From positions 1-59,122 of the forward strand of contig DATHNJ010000105.1 of the NCBI GenBank assembly GCA_035486155.1: a stretch of DNA of 59,122 nt, read 5' to 3'. A model generated the notes under the pieces. The model did not search any database and was not told the origin of the DNA. It saw only the letters and a list, made by a program, of their open reading frames with translations. Positions 19,694 through 28,173 of this stretch are shown piece after piece. Numbering within the stretch: position 1 is the first letter of the stretch; each line of letters opens with the position of its first letter. A program made the translations under genes and the position numbers. Source of the stretch: Terracidiphilus sp. GTDB lineage: Bacteria; Acidobacteriota; Terriglobia; Terriglobales; Acidobacteriaceae.

Positions 19694-19846
19694 CTACACC
19701 TCGCGGCGCTTGAACAGCTCATCCTTCTCGCGCGCGGGGCACTTGGTGCATTCCAGACAGCAAACCAGAAGAAACGCCACACCGACCGTGACCAGGAAGG
19801 CCATGAGGTTCGCGTTCGCGGCTATCCAGTGTGTAAGGGTACGCAT
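19694..19846 (-). CDS. Possible 50-aa single-TM Cys-rich small protein (not in ORF track)
   Basis: Hand translation MRTLTHWIAANANLMAFLVTVGVAFLLVCCLECTKCPAREKDELFKRREV*; TAACCT hexamer 7 nt upstream of ATG. Confidence 0.45.
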   Translation of the reverse strand: MRTLTHWIAANANLMAFLVTVGVAFLLVCCLECTKCPAREKDELFKRREV

Positions 19847-19990
19847 AAGCTAAAGGTTAAAAAACCAGACCTCGCTTAGACTCGGCCACTACCGAAGCGT
19901 CATAAGTTGACTTTCACGCTCGGGTCTGGGCCGATTTCAAGCGCCACCAGTCTAGCATTATTGGATGAGAGAAACTTCAGAAGGGAAACC

Positions 19991-20019
19991 TTGCGTAATG
20001 GCGAATATAAGACGAAAAT
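19991..20019 (+). promoter_or_regulatory. Putative sigma70 promoter overlapped by a CGAA-N7-CGAA direct repeat (candidate LexA site)
   Basis: TTGCGT-N17-GAAAAT, GTG start 6 nt after the -10; CGAA at 20002 and 20013. Confidence 0.5.
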
Positions 20020-20025
20020 ATCGAT

Positions 20026-21417
20026 GTGACAGCCGGTTTTCCCACACCCGCGCCCGATATTCCGCCTGAAGAATGGCCGGCTGAACTCGGCCTACCGGCG
20101 TCGCAGCTGCAGGCCGCCCCATCGACTCCTCCCCCCCAAGATCCCGGCCCCTGCCTGAACTGGCTCTTCGTCGACCTGAACTCCTACTTCGCCTCCGTCG
20201 AGCAGGAGGTGCGCCCCGAATTGCGCGGCCGCCCCGTCGCGGTCGTTCCCATGATGGCCGACACAACCGTATGCATTGCAGCCAGTTACGAGGCTAAGGC
20301 CTACGGCGTAAAAACCGGAACCGTGGTCGCCGACGCCAAGCGCTTATGCCCTGGGATCGTCTTCGTCGAAGGTCGCCACGAGATCTACGTCGACCATCAT
20401 CACCGCATTATCGAAGCCATCGAAACCTGCGTGCCCGTCACCTCGGTCCAGTCCATCGACGAGATGGCTTGTCGCCTCATCGGCCGCGAGCGGCCCTTGC
20501 GGGCGGCGTTGGACCTGGGCCGTCGAGTGAAAGCAACCATCCGTGAGCGCGTCGGACCCATGCTGCGCAGCTCCGTTGGTCTGGCCACCAGCCGCTACCT
20601 GGCCAAAATCGCCTCTGATATGGAGAAGCCCGACGGCCTCGTGGCCCTCCCCCTCGACATTCTTCCTGAAGCCCTTTCACAGCTCACCCTCCGCGACCTG
20701 CCCGGCGTCGGCGCCCGCACCGAAAAACGCCTCAACGCCAAGGGCCTGTACTCGATGGACCAGCTTCTAGCGCTCGATTGCGAACAGGCCGGCGAGCTCT
20801 GGGGCTCGGTCTGGGGCGAACGGCTCTGGCACTGGCTGCGCGGCGAAGACTTCGAGATGTCCGAACTCGAGCACAACAAGTCCCTCAGCCACTCGCACGT
20901 GCTTGCGCCCGAGATGCGCACTGCGGAAAAGGCCTGGGGCGTCGCCCACAAGCTGCTCCATAAAGCCGCCATGCGCCTGCGCGCCGCCGACCTCTGGGCC
21001 GGCGGCATCGGCCTCGCCGTCGGCTTCTCGGTCCCGCGCCAGATGAACGCTCCGGTCAGCCGTTTCGGCGTGCCCACACGCGGCTGGCACAGCGATCTGC
21101 GTCTCTCCGAGTGCCAGGACAACCAGACCCTCATTGCCGTACTCAGCCGCCTCTGGGCCAGCCGGCCTAAAGGTCCAGAGTATGACCAGCCCTACTTCAT
21201 CGGCGTTCAGCTCAACAACCTCGTTCCCGACCGCCTGCACTCGCTCAACCTCTTCGACGCGCTTGAGGACACAGCCAGTCGCACCCGCCTTCTTGCCACG
21301 ATGGACGAGCTCAACCACAAGTACGGAACGACAGCGCTGGCGCCCGCCGCGATGCTGACCGCGTACAAAGCCGCGCCGACGCGCATTGCGTTTAACTCCA
21401 TTCCGGATTTGTTCTGA
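20026..21417 (+). CDS. Y-family DNA polymerase (DinB/Pol IV-like)
   Basis: FVDLNSYFASVE, AASYEAKAYGVKTG, SIDE, LAKIASDMEKPDG, LPGVG helix-hairpin-helix. Confidence 0.92.
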   Translation: MTAGFPTPAPDIPPEEWPAELGLPASQLQAAPSTPPPQDPGPCLNWLFVDLNSYFASVEQEVRPELRGRPVAVVPMMADTTVCIAASYEAKAYGVKTGTVVADAKRLCPGIVFVEGRHEIYVDHHHRIIEAIETCVPVTSVQSIDEMACRLIGRERPLRAALDLGRRVKATIRERVGPMLRSSVGLATSRYLAKIASDMEKPDGLVALPLDILPEALSQLTLRDLPGVGARTEKRLNAKGLYSMDQLLALDCEQAGELWGSVWGERLWHWLRGEDFEMSELEHNKSLSHSHVLAPEMRTAEKAWGVAHKLLHKAAMRLRAADLWAGGIGLAVGFSVPRQMNAPVSRFGVPTRGWHSDLRLSECQDNQTLIAVLSRLWASRPKGPEYDQPYFIGVQLNNLVPDRLHSLNLFDALEDTASRTRLLATMDELNHKYGTTALAPAAMLTAYKAAPTRIAFNSIPDLF

Positions 21418-21580
21418 TCCAAGACGATTAGGGTTTCCAGCGCGTTATTGAGGTTGGATCGGCTTTCCTTCCGATTTTCATTTCCCATTCAAATGCTTTT
21501 GAACTGACTCTCATGTGCGCGGCCTTCTAACCACGGAAGACGGCGTACGCTGCCGCTCCATTCCCATGGAGGTCCTCCAA

Positions 21581-22999
21581 ATGAGCGTCAATCGCAGAGA
21601 TTTTCTGCGCAGAGCGGCGAGCGTGCCCGCGGCTGCGCTTGCTAGCGCGCTGCCGAGCGCGAAAGCACAGATTCAGGCGGCAAACGCGGTGCTGCCGGCG
21701 CCTGCGGCATCAGGCATCGAGCACATCGTGGTTGTAATGATGGAGAACCGCAGCTTCGATCACCTGCTCGGATGGTTGCCGAATGCAAACGGACGGCAGG
21801 CGGGGCTGAGTTATCCGGACAACAACGGAAACCTGCAGCAGACGGAGCGGTTGAACTACTTTGTCGGCTGCTCGCACCCCGATCCGGATCATTCGTATGC
21901 AGGCGGACGGTCGGAATACGACAACGGCAAGATGGATGGGTGGCTGCGCACGAGCACGAACGACGGCTTTTGCATTGGCTACTACCAAGAGGCGGACCTG
22001 CCGCTGTTCGCCACGCTGGCGCGGAACTACACGACGCTGAATAATTATTTTCCGTCGCTTCTGTCGTCGACGTTTCCCAACCGCGTATTTCAGCATGCGG
22101 CGCAGACGGACCGGTTGAGCAATACGCTCGATCTTTCGACGCTGCCGACGATCTGGGACCGGCTGCAGGCAGCGGGCGTGAGCTGCCGCTACTACTACTC
22201 GAACGTGCCGTTTTTGGCGCTCTGGGGAACGAAGTATCTGGACATCTCGGCGCTGTACGCGCAGTTTGCGATCGATGCGGCGTCGGGCAATCTCCCAGCG
22301 GTGTCGTTCGTCGATCCCTGGTTCACGATTCTCGATGACGGCTTGGGGAACGACGATCATCCCCATGCGGATCTCCGCAAGGGCGAGATCTTTTTGAATC
22401 AGATTGTGTCGACGCTGGCGGCGAGCCCGGCGTGGGCCAACACGGTGCTGGTGATCAATCGCGATGAGTGGGGCGGATTTTTCGATCACGTTGTGCCGCC
22501 ACGCATCATCGCGCCGAACAACGTCGACACGGATCTCGTGAATGGGCAGGCGCTGCTCGGTTGCCGCGTGCCCACGCTGATCGTCTCGCCTTTTGCGAGC
22601 GGAAGCCCAGCGAAGCCGCGGATCAATTCGCTGCTGTACGACCACACGTCCGTGCTGAAGATGATCGAGTGGCGCTGGGGACTAGCGCCGCTGACAGCGC
22701 GCGACGCGTCGGATGAAATTGCGAATCTTGCGTCGGCGTTGAACTTCACATCACAGAATGCCGTGTTGCCTGCGCTGCCGACGATCCCCGAGCCGCCTCT
22801 CGATCCCTGCACGCTGGATGACATCATTCAGTCGTTCGATGAGTCGGGCGCGCCGGTGGTGAACGCGCAGAAGGCGACGGCGCTAGCGCAGTCGTCGAAC
22901 AACCGCGGCGAGGATAACGAAACATATGACTTTTATTTGTTGTTGAAGTCGGAGCGAATGCAGGGCTGGGAAGTTCCGGAGAGTTTGCAGCGCGTCTAA
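21581..22999 (+). CDS. Tat-exported phosphoesterase / phospholipase C family protein
   Basis: MSVNRRDFLRR; IEHIVVVMMENRSFDH, TFPNR, DDHP, DEWGGFFDHV, RVP..IVSP, YDHTS. Confidence 0.92.
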   Translation: MSVNRRDFLRRAASVPAAALASALPSAKAQIQAANAVLPAPAASGIEHIVVVMMENRSFDHLLGWLPNANGRQAGLSYPDNNGNLQQTERLNYFVGCSHPDPDHSYAGGRSEYDNGKMDGWLRTSTNDGFCIGYYQEADLPLFATLARNYTTLNNYFPSLLSSTFPNRVFQHAAQTDRLSNTLDLSTLPTIWDRLQAAGVSCRYYYSNVPFLALWGTKYLDISALYAQFAIDAASGNLPAVSFVDPWFTILDDGLGNDDHPHADLRKGEIFLNQIVSTLAASPAWANTVLVINRDEWGGFFDHVVPPRIIAPNNVDTDLVNGQALLGCRVPTLIVSPFASGSPAKPRINSLLYDHTSVLKMIEWRWGLAPLTARDASDEIANLASALNFTSQNAVLPALPTIPEPPLDPCTLDDIIQSFDESGAPVVNAQKATALAQSSNNRGEDNETYDFYLLLKSERMQGWEVPESLQRV

Positions 23000-23017
23000 A
23001 GATTGCGGCCGGGACCG

Positions 23018-23344
23018 CTAGGCGAACAACGTGGCAGTCCTGGCCAGCACGTCATCGAGAATCTCTTGTGGAAGGGTTTCGACCCGTCGTCCATTGCGGG
23101 CTCGGATATCGAGTACGCGGGGTTGGTCACAGCGTACGACGCCAGTGGTTTTGGTTCCGGCAAGGGGAACTGCAAACTGGATGCGTCGAGCAAACGCGCC
23201 GCCGCTGGTGATGGGCAGAATCACGGGTAGCTGCGTGGCTACATTGAAACTGGTGGGCGACACGATCACGACGGGCCTGTGACCGCGCTGTTCGTGGCCC
23301 GTGGTCGGATCAAGAGAGACCATGTAAATGTCGCCGCGCTTCAT
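23018..23344 (-). CDS. PemK/MazF family toxin
   Basis: RGDIYMVSLDPTTGHEQRGHRPVVIVS, PIT, CDQPRVLD. Confidence 0.93.
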   Translation of the reverse strand: MKRGDIYMVSLDPTTGHEQRGHRPVVIVSPTSFNVATQLPVILPITSGGAFARRIQFAVPLAGTKTTGVVRCDQPRVLDIRARNGRRVETLPQEILDDVLARTATLFA

Positions 23345-23598
23345 AGAAGTTCACGGCCGACAGGTGGAGCGTCGATCCATTCCCGGTCCTCAGCTGACTG
23401 AGGTTTTGAATAATCCGATGCGGCGAGCAATTCCTCGAGTGTGTAACGCGGGCGCGGCTTCGGCTCGACGAGAAGACGTCCGTCCTGAATGTCGACGGAA
23501 ACCTCTGCGCCCGCTTTTAGATTGAGAATGTCGAGAATGGATTTCGGCACGGTTAGCATGACGGATCCGCCAACCTTGCGCAAAGTGGTGGTGGGCAT
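23341..23598 (-). CDS. AbrB/MazE (PemI-like) antitoxin
   Basis: LRKVGGSVMLTVP, YTLEELLA, GRELL; ATGA overlap with toxin. Confidence 0.92.
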   Translation of the reverse strand: MPTTTLRKVGGSVMLTVPKSILDILNLKAGAEVSVDIQDGRLLVEPKPRPRYTLEELLAASDYSKPQSAEDREWIDAPPVGRELL

Positions 23599-23612
23599 GA
23601 GCGCCTCCTCTT

Positions 23613-23634
23613 AAATTATATCAAAATATAATTT
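23613..23634. promoter_or_regulatory. Palindromic operator of the MazEF-type operon
   Basis: AAATTATAT-caaa-ATATAATTT perfect inverted repeat just upstream of the antitoxin RBS. Confidence 0.75.
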
Positions 23635-23665
23635 TTTTAGGGCAGCTCTGTAGTCGCTTTGCGAG

Positions 23666-25027
23666 TTAGATCGAGTAGAGATTCTTTTCCAAGAACTCGT
23701 TACGGAATTTGGCGCTTGGATCGTAATGCTGCAACGAGGCCTTGAACTCTGCGAGGCGCTTGTACTGCGCCTGCAAACGCGCAGGCGCCAGCGTGAACAG
23801 CTTGCCCCAGTGCGGGCGCGGGCCGAAGGGAGCGAGCTGCTCCTCGATGAGCGGAAGAATCTGGCGAACTTCGGGCCACTCCGGCTTCCACGTGAAGTGA
23901 ATGGCAAGCGACGGGCGCTGGTGGGCCATGCTCATCCACAGATCGTCGTCGGCGATGGTGCGCAGCTCGGTGATGAATAAGTGCGGCGTGATGCGGTCGC
24001 GCAGTTTTTCGACGGCCAGGATGGCCTCGTAGCCCCGATCGCGCGGGACGAAGTATTCGGTCTGCAACTCGCGCCCGCTCGACGGAGTGAAGTTCATCTT
24101 GAAGTGCGGCAGGCGCTCGTACCACGGGCCGGGGACGCCGAGCTGTTCGGTACAGGCGTCGGCAGCGTGGCCTTCGATGGGATGCAGCTTCTCGGTTGCA
24201 AGCTTCGCGCCGTAAAACTCCGCGGGCCAGTTGTATTGCTCTCCAGGAGTCACGCGGCGCTTGATCCAGACCTGCGTGGCGCGATGGTTCTGCCAGTCGG
24301 TGAAGAGGCTGACGCTGTAGCCTGCGCCGAAGATGGCGTCGAAGTTCTCCTTCAGTTGATCGAACGAAAGATTGCGGTAGACGGACTGCGCGACCTGATA
24401 GGTAGGCAGAAGGTTGAGCGTGACGCGCGTGAGAACGCCGAGCGCGCCAAGATGAACTACTGCGCCGGGAAACCTGTCGCCGTCTTTTTCTCGCGAGAGA
24501 TGAACGATCTCGCCGTCGGCGGTAACGATTTCAAGCGCAGTGACGGCAGTGGCAAGGTTGCCGTTATGAATGCCCGAGCCGTGCGTAGCCGTGGCGATGG
24601 CGCCGGCGACGGAGATGTGCGGCAGCGAGGCGAGATTGTGCAGCGCATAGCCGCGCGCATCGATCACCGGCGCGAGCTGGCCGTACTTGATTCCGGCGCC
24701 GACGGTGACGGTATGCGCCTTGTCGTCGATCTCGATTGAGTCAAGGTGCTGGAGCGAGATCTGGTCCGCGGTGCTGTCGGCGATCGTATTGAAGGAATGG
24801 CGTGAGCCGAGAGCGCGCAACTTGCTACGGCTCTTGATGACGCTCTGCACTTCTTCGAGCGAGGCCGGAGCGTGGACGCGGTCCGTGCTGTAGGTGATGT
24901 TGCCGGCCCAGTTTTCGCGCGGCCCAGGTTGTTGCTGATTGGTCTGCTGCTGGCTTGAGGAAATACGCGACAACATTGAGCCGGCCACAAGCGCTCCCGA
25001 GGTTTTGAGAAATTCACGTTTGTTCAT
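23666..25027 (-). CDS. FAD-dependent alditol/xylitol oxidase-like protein (VAO/ALO family)
   Basis: NWAGN, GSRHSF covalent-FAD His, NLASLPHISVAGA..TATHGSG, ELQTEY, RPHWGK; Tat-like NKREFLK leader. Confidence 0.9.
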   Translation of the reverse strand: MNKREFLKTSGALVAGSMLSRISSSQQQTNQQQPGPRENWAGNITYSTDRVHAPASLEEVQSVIKSRSKLRALGSRHSFNTIADSTADQISLQHLDSIEIDDKAHTVTVGAGIKYGQLAPVIDARGYALHNLASLPHISVAGAIATATHGSGIHNGNLATAVTALEIVTADGEIVHLSREKDGDRFPGAVVHLGALGVLTRVTLNLLPTYQVAQSVYRNLSFDQLKENFDAIFGAGYSVSLFTDWQNHRATQVWIKRRVTPGEQYNWPAEFYGAKLATEKLHPIEGHAADACTEQLGVPGPWYERLPHFKMNFTPSSGRELQTEYFVPRDRGYEAILAVEKLRDRITPHLFITELRTIADDDLWMSMAHQRPSLAIHFTWKPEWPEVRQILPLIEEQLAPFGPRPHWGKLFTLAPARLQAQYKRLAEFKASLQHYDPSAKFRNEFLEKNLYSI

Positions 25028-25241
25028 TGGTTTCGCCGATTTGACTTCGAAAGGAATTGTAGCGGACCGATGAAACGGAGCGCGGAGAGAACGAAAAATT
25101 GCCCGAATGCATCGAAGAAGTTACGGGTTGGCGATAAGGTTCGCCGCTGCCGTTTGCTCTTTGATGGGACTTTACTGCTTTGTATGCTGAAAACGATTAG
25201 GCCTGCTCGACGGCCCCCTACATGCCATGAGGAGAACTGAG

Positions 25242-25565
25242 ATGGAAAAAGAGAAGAAATCTAGAGCTGTAAAGAAGACAAATACAGCAGCGAACCAGAC
25301 GGGCGTGCAATCGATTGATTCGAAGAAGCCTGCGGCAAAAAAGAAAACGGCTGTGGTGGAGATGAGCGCCAATGGGATCGAGCCGCAGAAGAAAACTGTA
25401 GCTGCTTCCAATCCGGCCGATCAGAAGATGACGCAAATGAAGATTTCGCATGATGAGATCGCGAAGCTCGCTCACCGCTATTGGTTGGAGCGTGGCGGTC
25501 AGCATGGAAGTCATGCGGAGGATTGGCTGCGCGCGGAGCGGGAACTGCGAGGTAAAGCGTCGTAG
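25242..25565 (+). CDS. DUF2934 domain protein with Lys-rich N-terminus
   Basis: IAKLAHRYWLERG..HG...EDWLRAEREL; ATG 25242 after AGGAG. Confidence 0.85.
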   Translation: MEKEKKSRAVKKTNTAANQTGVQSIDSKKPAAKKKTAVVEMSANGIEPQKKTVAASNPADQKMTQMKISHDEIAKLAHRYWLERGGQHGSHAEDWLRAERELRGKAS

Positions 25566-25684
25566 TTGGGCTCTTAGTAGATCGTGGGCCTCTTAATTGA
25601 TCAGCTCACTCCCCTCTGCACAGGTGCGCACGCGGAGCTTTGATGCGCTCGAAGTTCCGCAGGCCTCGCACACATCAATAAAAA

Positions 25685-25777
25685 ACGGCGGCACTACTGA
25701 AATATCTCAGCGACAAATGGTCTGCCGTGGAGAGACCCCGTTTCGTCGTGCCCAGGCAGGAGGGCAAGCGCCGCCGT
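25685..25777 (-). ncRNA. Candidate structured RNA or complex terminator (four-way junction)
   Basis: 11-bp closing stem enclosing three hairpins, followed by a U-tract on the minus strand. Confidence 0.35.
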
Positions 25778-25793
25778 GGAGAAGACCAAAGAA

Positions 25794-26294
25794 TTACAGC
25801 CCGCTTGAATCCAAACCATCCCCGTGATAATGGCTGTAGCGGCCGATGTCGTCGTCGATGTGCGCAGGATCGACGGAGATCTGTAAGACGTTGAGCTCGC
25901 TGTGGTCTTTGTCGAGGATGAAGAGTCCCATGCGGGCGCCTTCAGGACGCATGAAGATGAGCGTTTGCTCGCCGCCGTGGCGGCTGGTTTCCCGAATCAC
26001 GCGCTGCCACTCCGAGCCCAACTTGTCTTCGACGATCTGGTTGAGTTCGGCGCCATCGATCTCTGTAGGGAAATTTTCGAAGTCGGCGACATGCAGATTG
26101 GCGACGCCTTCATGCGTGCCCTTGCGCGCGATGAAGCTGATGAATCCAATGAACGGAATGCGCGTAGCATGAGCGTGGTAGCGCACTTCGATGGTGTTGA
26201 CCACGCCGTCGAATCCCGCTCCGCCGCCGGCAAGGACGGCGACCGGAATGACAAGAGCCACACTACAGAGGACGACGCCGAAGAAGAGTTTCAT
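25794..26294 (-). CDS. Exported hypothetical protein (possibly DUF4252-like)
   Basis: Signal peptide; WQRVIRE..E.T.IF pattern parallels the upstream DUF4252 gene; ATGA-coupled. Confidence 0.75.
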   Translation of the reverse strand: MKLFFGVVLCSVALVIPVAVLAGGGAGFDGVVNTIEVRYHAHATRIPFIGFISFIARKGTHEGVANLHVADFENFPTEIDGAELNQIVEDKLGSEWQRVIRETSRHGGEQTLIFMRPEGARMGLFILDKDHSELNVLQISVDPAHIDDDIGRYSHYHGDGLDSSGL

Positions 26295-26908
26295 TGGTCA
26301 CCATCCTTTTTTGCCTTGCTCTTTTCTTTGTCTTTTTCCTTGATTTTGGGCGCGTCGTCGCGATCGAACTGAGCGAGCGCGCCCAGGCCGGCCAGGCCGT
26401 GGAGCTTACTCAGATCTTCGACACGGATAGGGCCGAGGATGAGGACGATGGAGATCTCCCGTGGCTCAGCCGAGCAGATAAAGAGACCGCGATTTTCGCC
26501 GTTGACGACCTTGATCAGAATGTCGGAGGTTTCGCCGGAGCGACGCTCATGCTCATGCACCACGGGAGTCCACTCCGGCGTCATGAAGGATTGGCGAAGT
26601 TTTTCGATCTGGTCGGGCGAGTACTCGCCGTCTTTGTCGAACTCGTAGTTGCGCACGTAGATGCCTTCAAGCCCTTCGAGGAGATGGCGCGTGGCGGCGT
26701 CATCGTCCCCTTTGCCATGCATGAATTGCGTGGCCAAAGAGAGCATGCTTTTGTTGAGGGTCACCTCGGTGACATCGGAGGCGTGCGCGGAGAGCTCTTT
26801 CTCCAACTGCGGCGGAATCAGTTGCGGCGCGCTCTGCGCGAAGGCGCGCACAGCGAACTGCGCGATTAGCAGGAGTGTTGCAAGGCGAAGATGAAAGTTT
26901 TTGGTCAT
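26291..26908 (-). CDS. DUF4252 domain exported protein
   Basis: Signal peptide; VTEVTLNKSML, LEGIYVRNYEFDK.G.Y, IVLILGPI. Confidence 0.82.
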   Translation of the reverse strand: MTKNFHLRLATLLLIAQFAVRAFAQSAPQLIPPQLEKELSAHASDVTEVTLNKSMLSLATQFMHGKGDDDAATRHLLEGLEGIYVRNYEFDKDGEYSPDQIEKLRQSFMTPEWTPVVHEHERRSGETSDILIKVVNGENRGLFICSAEPREISIVLILGPIRVEDLSKLHGLAGLGALAQFDRDDAPKIKEKDKEKSKAKKDGDQ

Positions 26909-26956
26909 TGTTATTCTTCGTGAACCCGGCGGATATCCCTCATTTTGCGATCATCA

Positions 26957-27286
26957 TTATTCATGGTCGTCACGGTCGTGCGCGGCGAGCCGGGTTTGAA
27001 TCTGATTGAGCGCGCGGTTGGTGATGCGCAAGGCTGTCAGCACTTGATTCCGAGCTGCCTCGCCCTTGCGCTGCTGGTCAATGTGGCGCCATGTGAGCCC
27101 TCCGCCGATGACTGCCGCGAGAACGAAACACGCTGCCAGACGCTGCCAAAGAACCGTGCGATTGTGAAGCTGCTCGGTGCGGCGCTGATTGCGCTGCTGC
27201 AGGATGCGTTGCTTGAGGCTGGGCGGGGCCGGCCTGCGCAGGAACGCCTGCTTGAGCTTGTTTTCGAATTCGTTCATCTCATCCAT
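26957..27286 (-). CDS. Putative membrane anti-sigma factor
   Basis: FENKLKQAF.R.PAP.SL..RI, one TM helix; overlaps the 3' end of the ECF sigma gene. Confidence 0.7.
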   Translation of the reverse strand: MDEMNEFENKLKQAFLRRPAPPSLKQRILQQRNQRRTEQLHNRTVLWQRLAACFVLAAVIGGGLTWRHIDQQRKGEAARNQVLTALRITNRALNQIQTRLAAHDRDDHE

Positions 27287-27827
27287 CGGACAACGCGCCT
27301 CCCATCGCCTTGCCTGGCCGGACATAGTCTTTCAGGCTGGTTTCAGCTTTGGCGCGGAGCAGCTTCAATCCCCGCTGCAGATTGCTTTTCACGGTGGCCA
27401 GTGGCGACTCGAGCGTGGCGGCGATCTCTTCCGGCGTAAGGTCCTCCTGATAACGAAGAACCAGCGCGGCTCGCTGCGGTTCGGGCAGCGTGGTGAGCAG
27501 TTGCTCCACGCGCGCGCCGAGCGGTGAGCAGCGGTCTTCCGGCGGCGCACCATGATTTTCCTCGATCTCGATCCAGAGGTCGACCCCGCGCACGTGCCGG
27601 CGGCGAAGGGCGTCGGCGGCGCGATGCATGGCGACGCGGCGAAGCCAGAAGAGCGCGTGTTCAGGGGACTCCATGCGGGTCATGTTCCGGTCCAGTTCGA
27701 GAAATACGTCCTGCGCGATCTCCTCGGCAAGCCCGCGATCGCCGGTCAAGCGCCATGCCAGAGAGAACACCATCGACTGGTGTTCATCAACGAGACGCTC
27801 AAAATCCGGCTGCCAGTCGCGGGCCAT
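27279..27827 (-). CDS. ECF RNA polymerase sigma factor
   Basis: AEEIAQDVF, WLRRVA, LPEPQRAALVLRY, EEIA..L..P.ATVKS. Confidence 0.93.
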   Translation of the reverse strand: MARDWQPDFERLVDEHQSMVFSLAWRLTGDRGLAEEIAQDVFLELDRNMTRMESPEHALFWLRRVAMHRAADALRRRHVRGVDLWIEIEENHGAPPEDRCSPLGARVEQLLTTLPEPQRAALVLRYQEDLTPEEIAATLESPLATVKSNLQRGLKLLRAKAETSLKDYVRPGKAMGGALSDG

Positions 27828-27959
27828 CGGGTCGCTTCTACTCTCTTATCCGCACGCGAGCGCGGGACGGGATGCAAAAGGTACGTTAGGGACCGAAACA
27901 AAGTTCTGGCCGGCGTGATCGCATAAGGCGCGAATACAGAACCGGCAAATGCTACTGCA

Positions 27960-27980
27960 TGTAACAGTCGAAATGTTACA
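27960..27980. promoter_or_regulatory. Palindromic putative transcription factor site upstream of the ECF sigma gene
   Basis: TGTAACA-N7-TGTTACA. Confidence 0.45.
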
Positions 27981-28061
27981 GGGAGTAACAGGAGATGGCA
28001 AGACCCAAATTACAGGGCAGGAGGCTCATAGTATTGAGGGTCGATTCGTTTATAGCCGCCA

Positions 28062-28103
28062 CTGCGAGCGGGAACAGAGAGAGCTCTCTGTTCCCGCTCG
28101 CAG
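28062..28103. repeat. Perfect 19-bp inverted repeat
   Basis: CTGCGAGCGGGAACAGAGA-gagc-TCTCTGTTCCCGCTCGCAG, no U-tract. Confidence 0.85.
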
Positions 28104-28173
28104 CTGGGCCCGAGAGTCCGCCGCGCGCGGATGGGATCAAGAGAATTCGATCAGGACCGGAAACTATGCCGGG

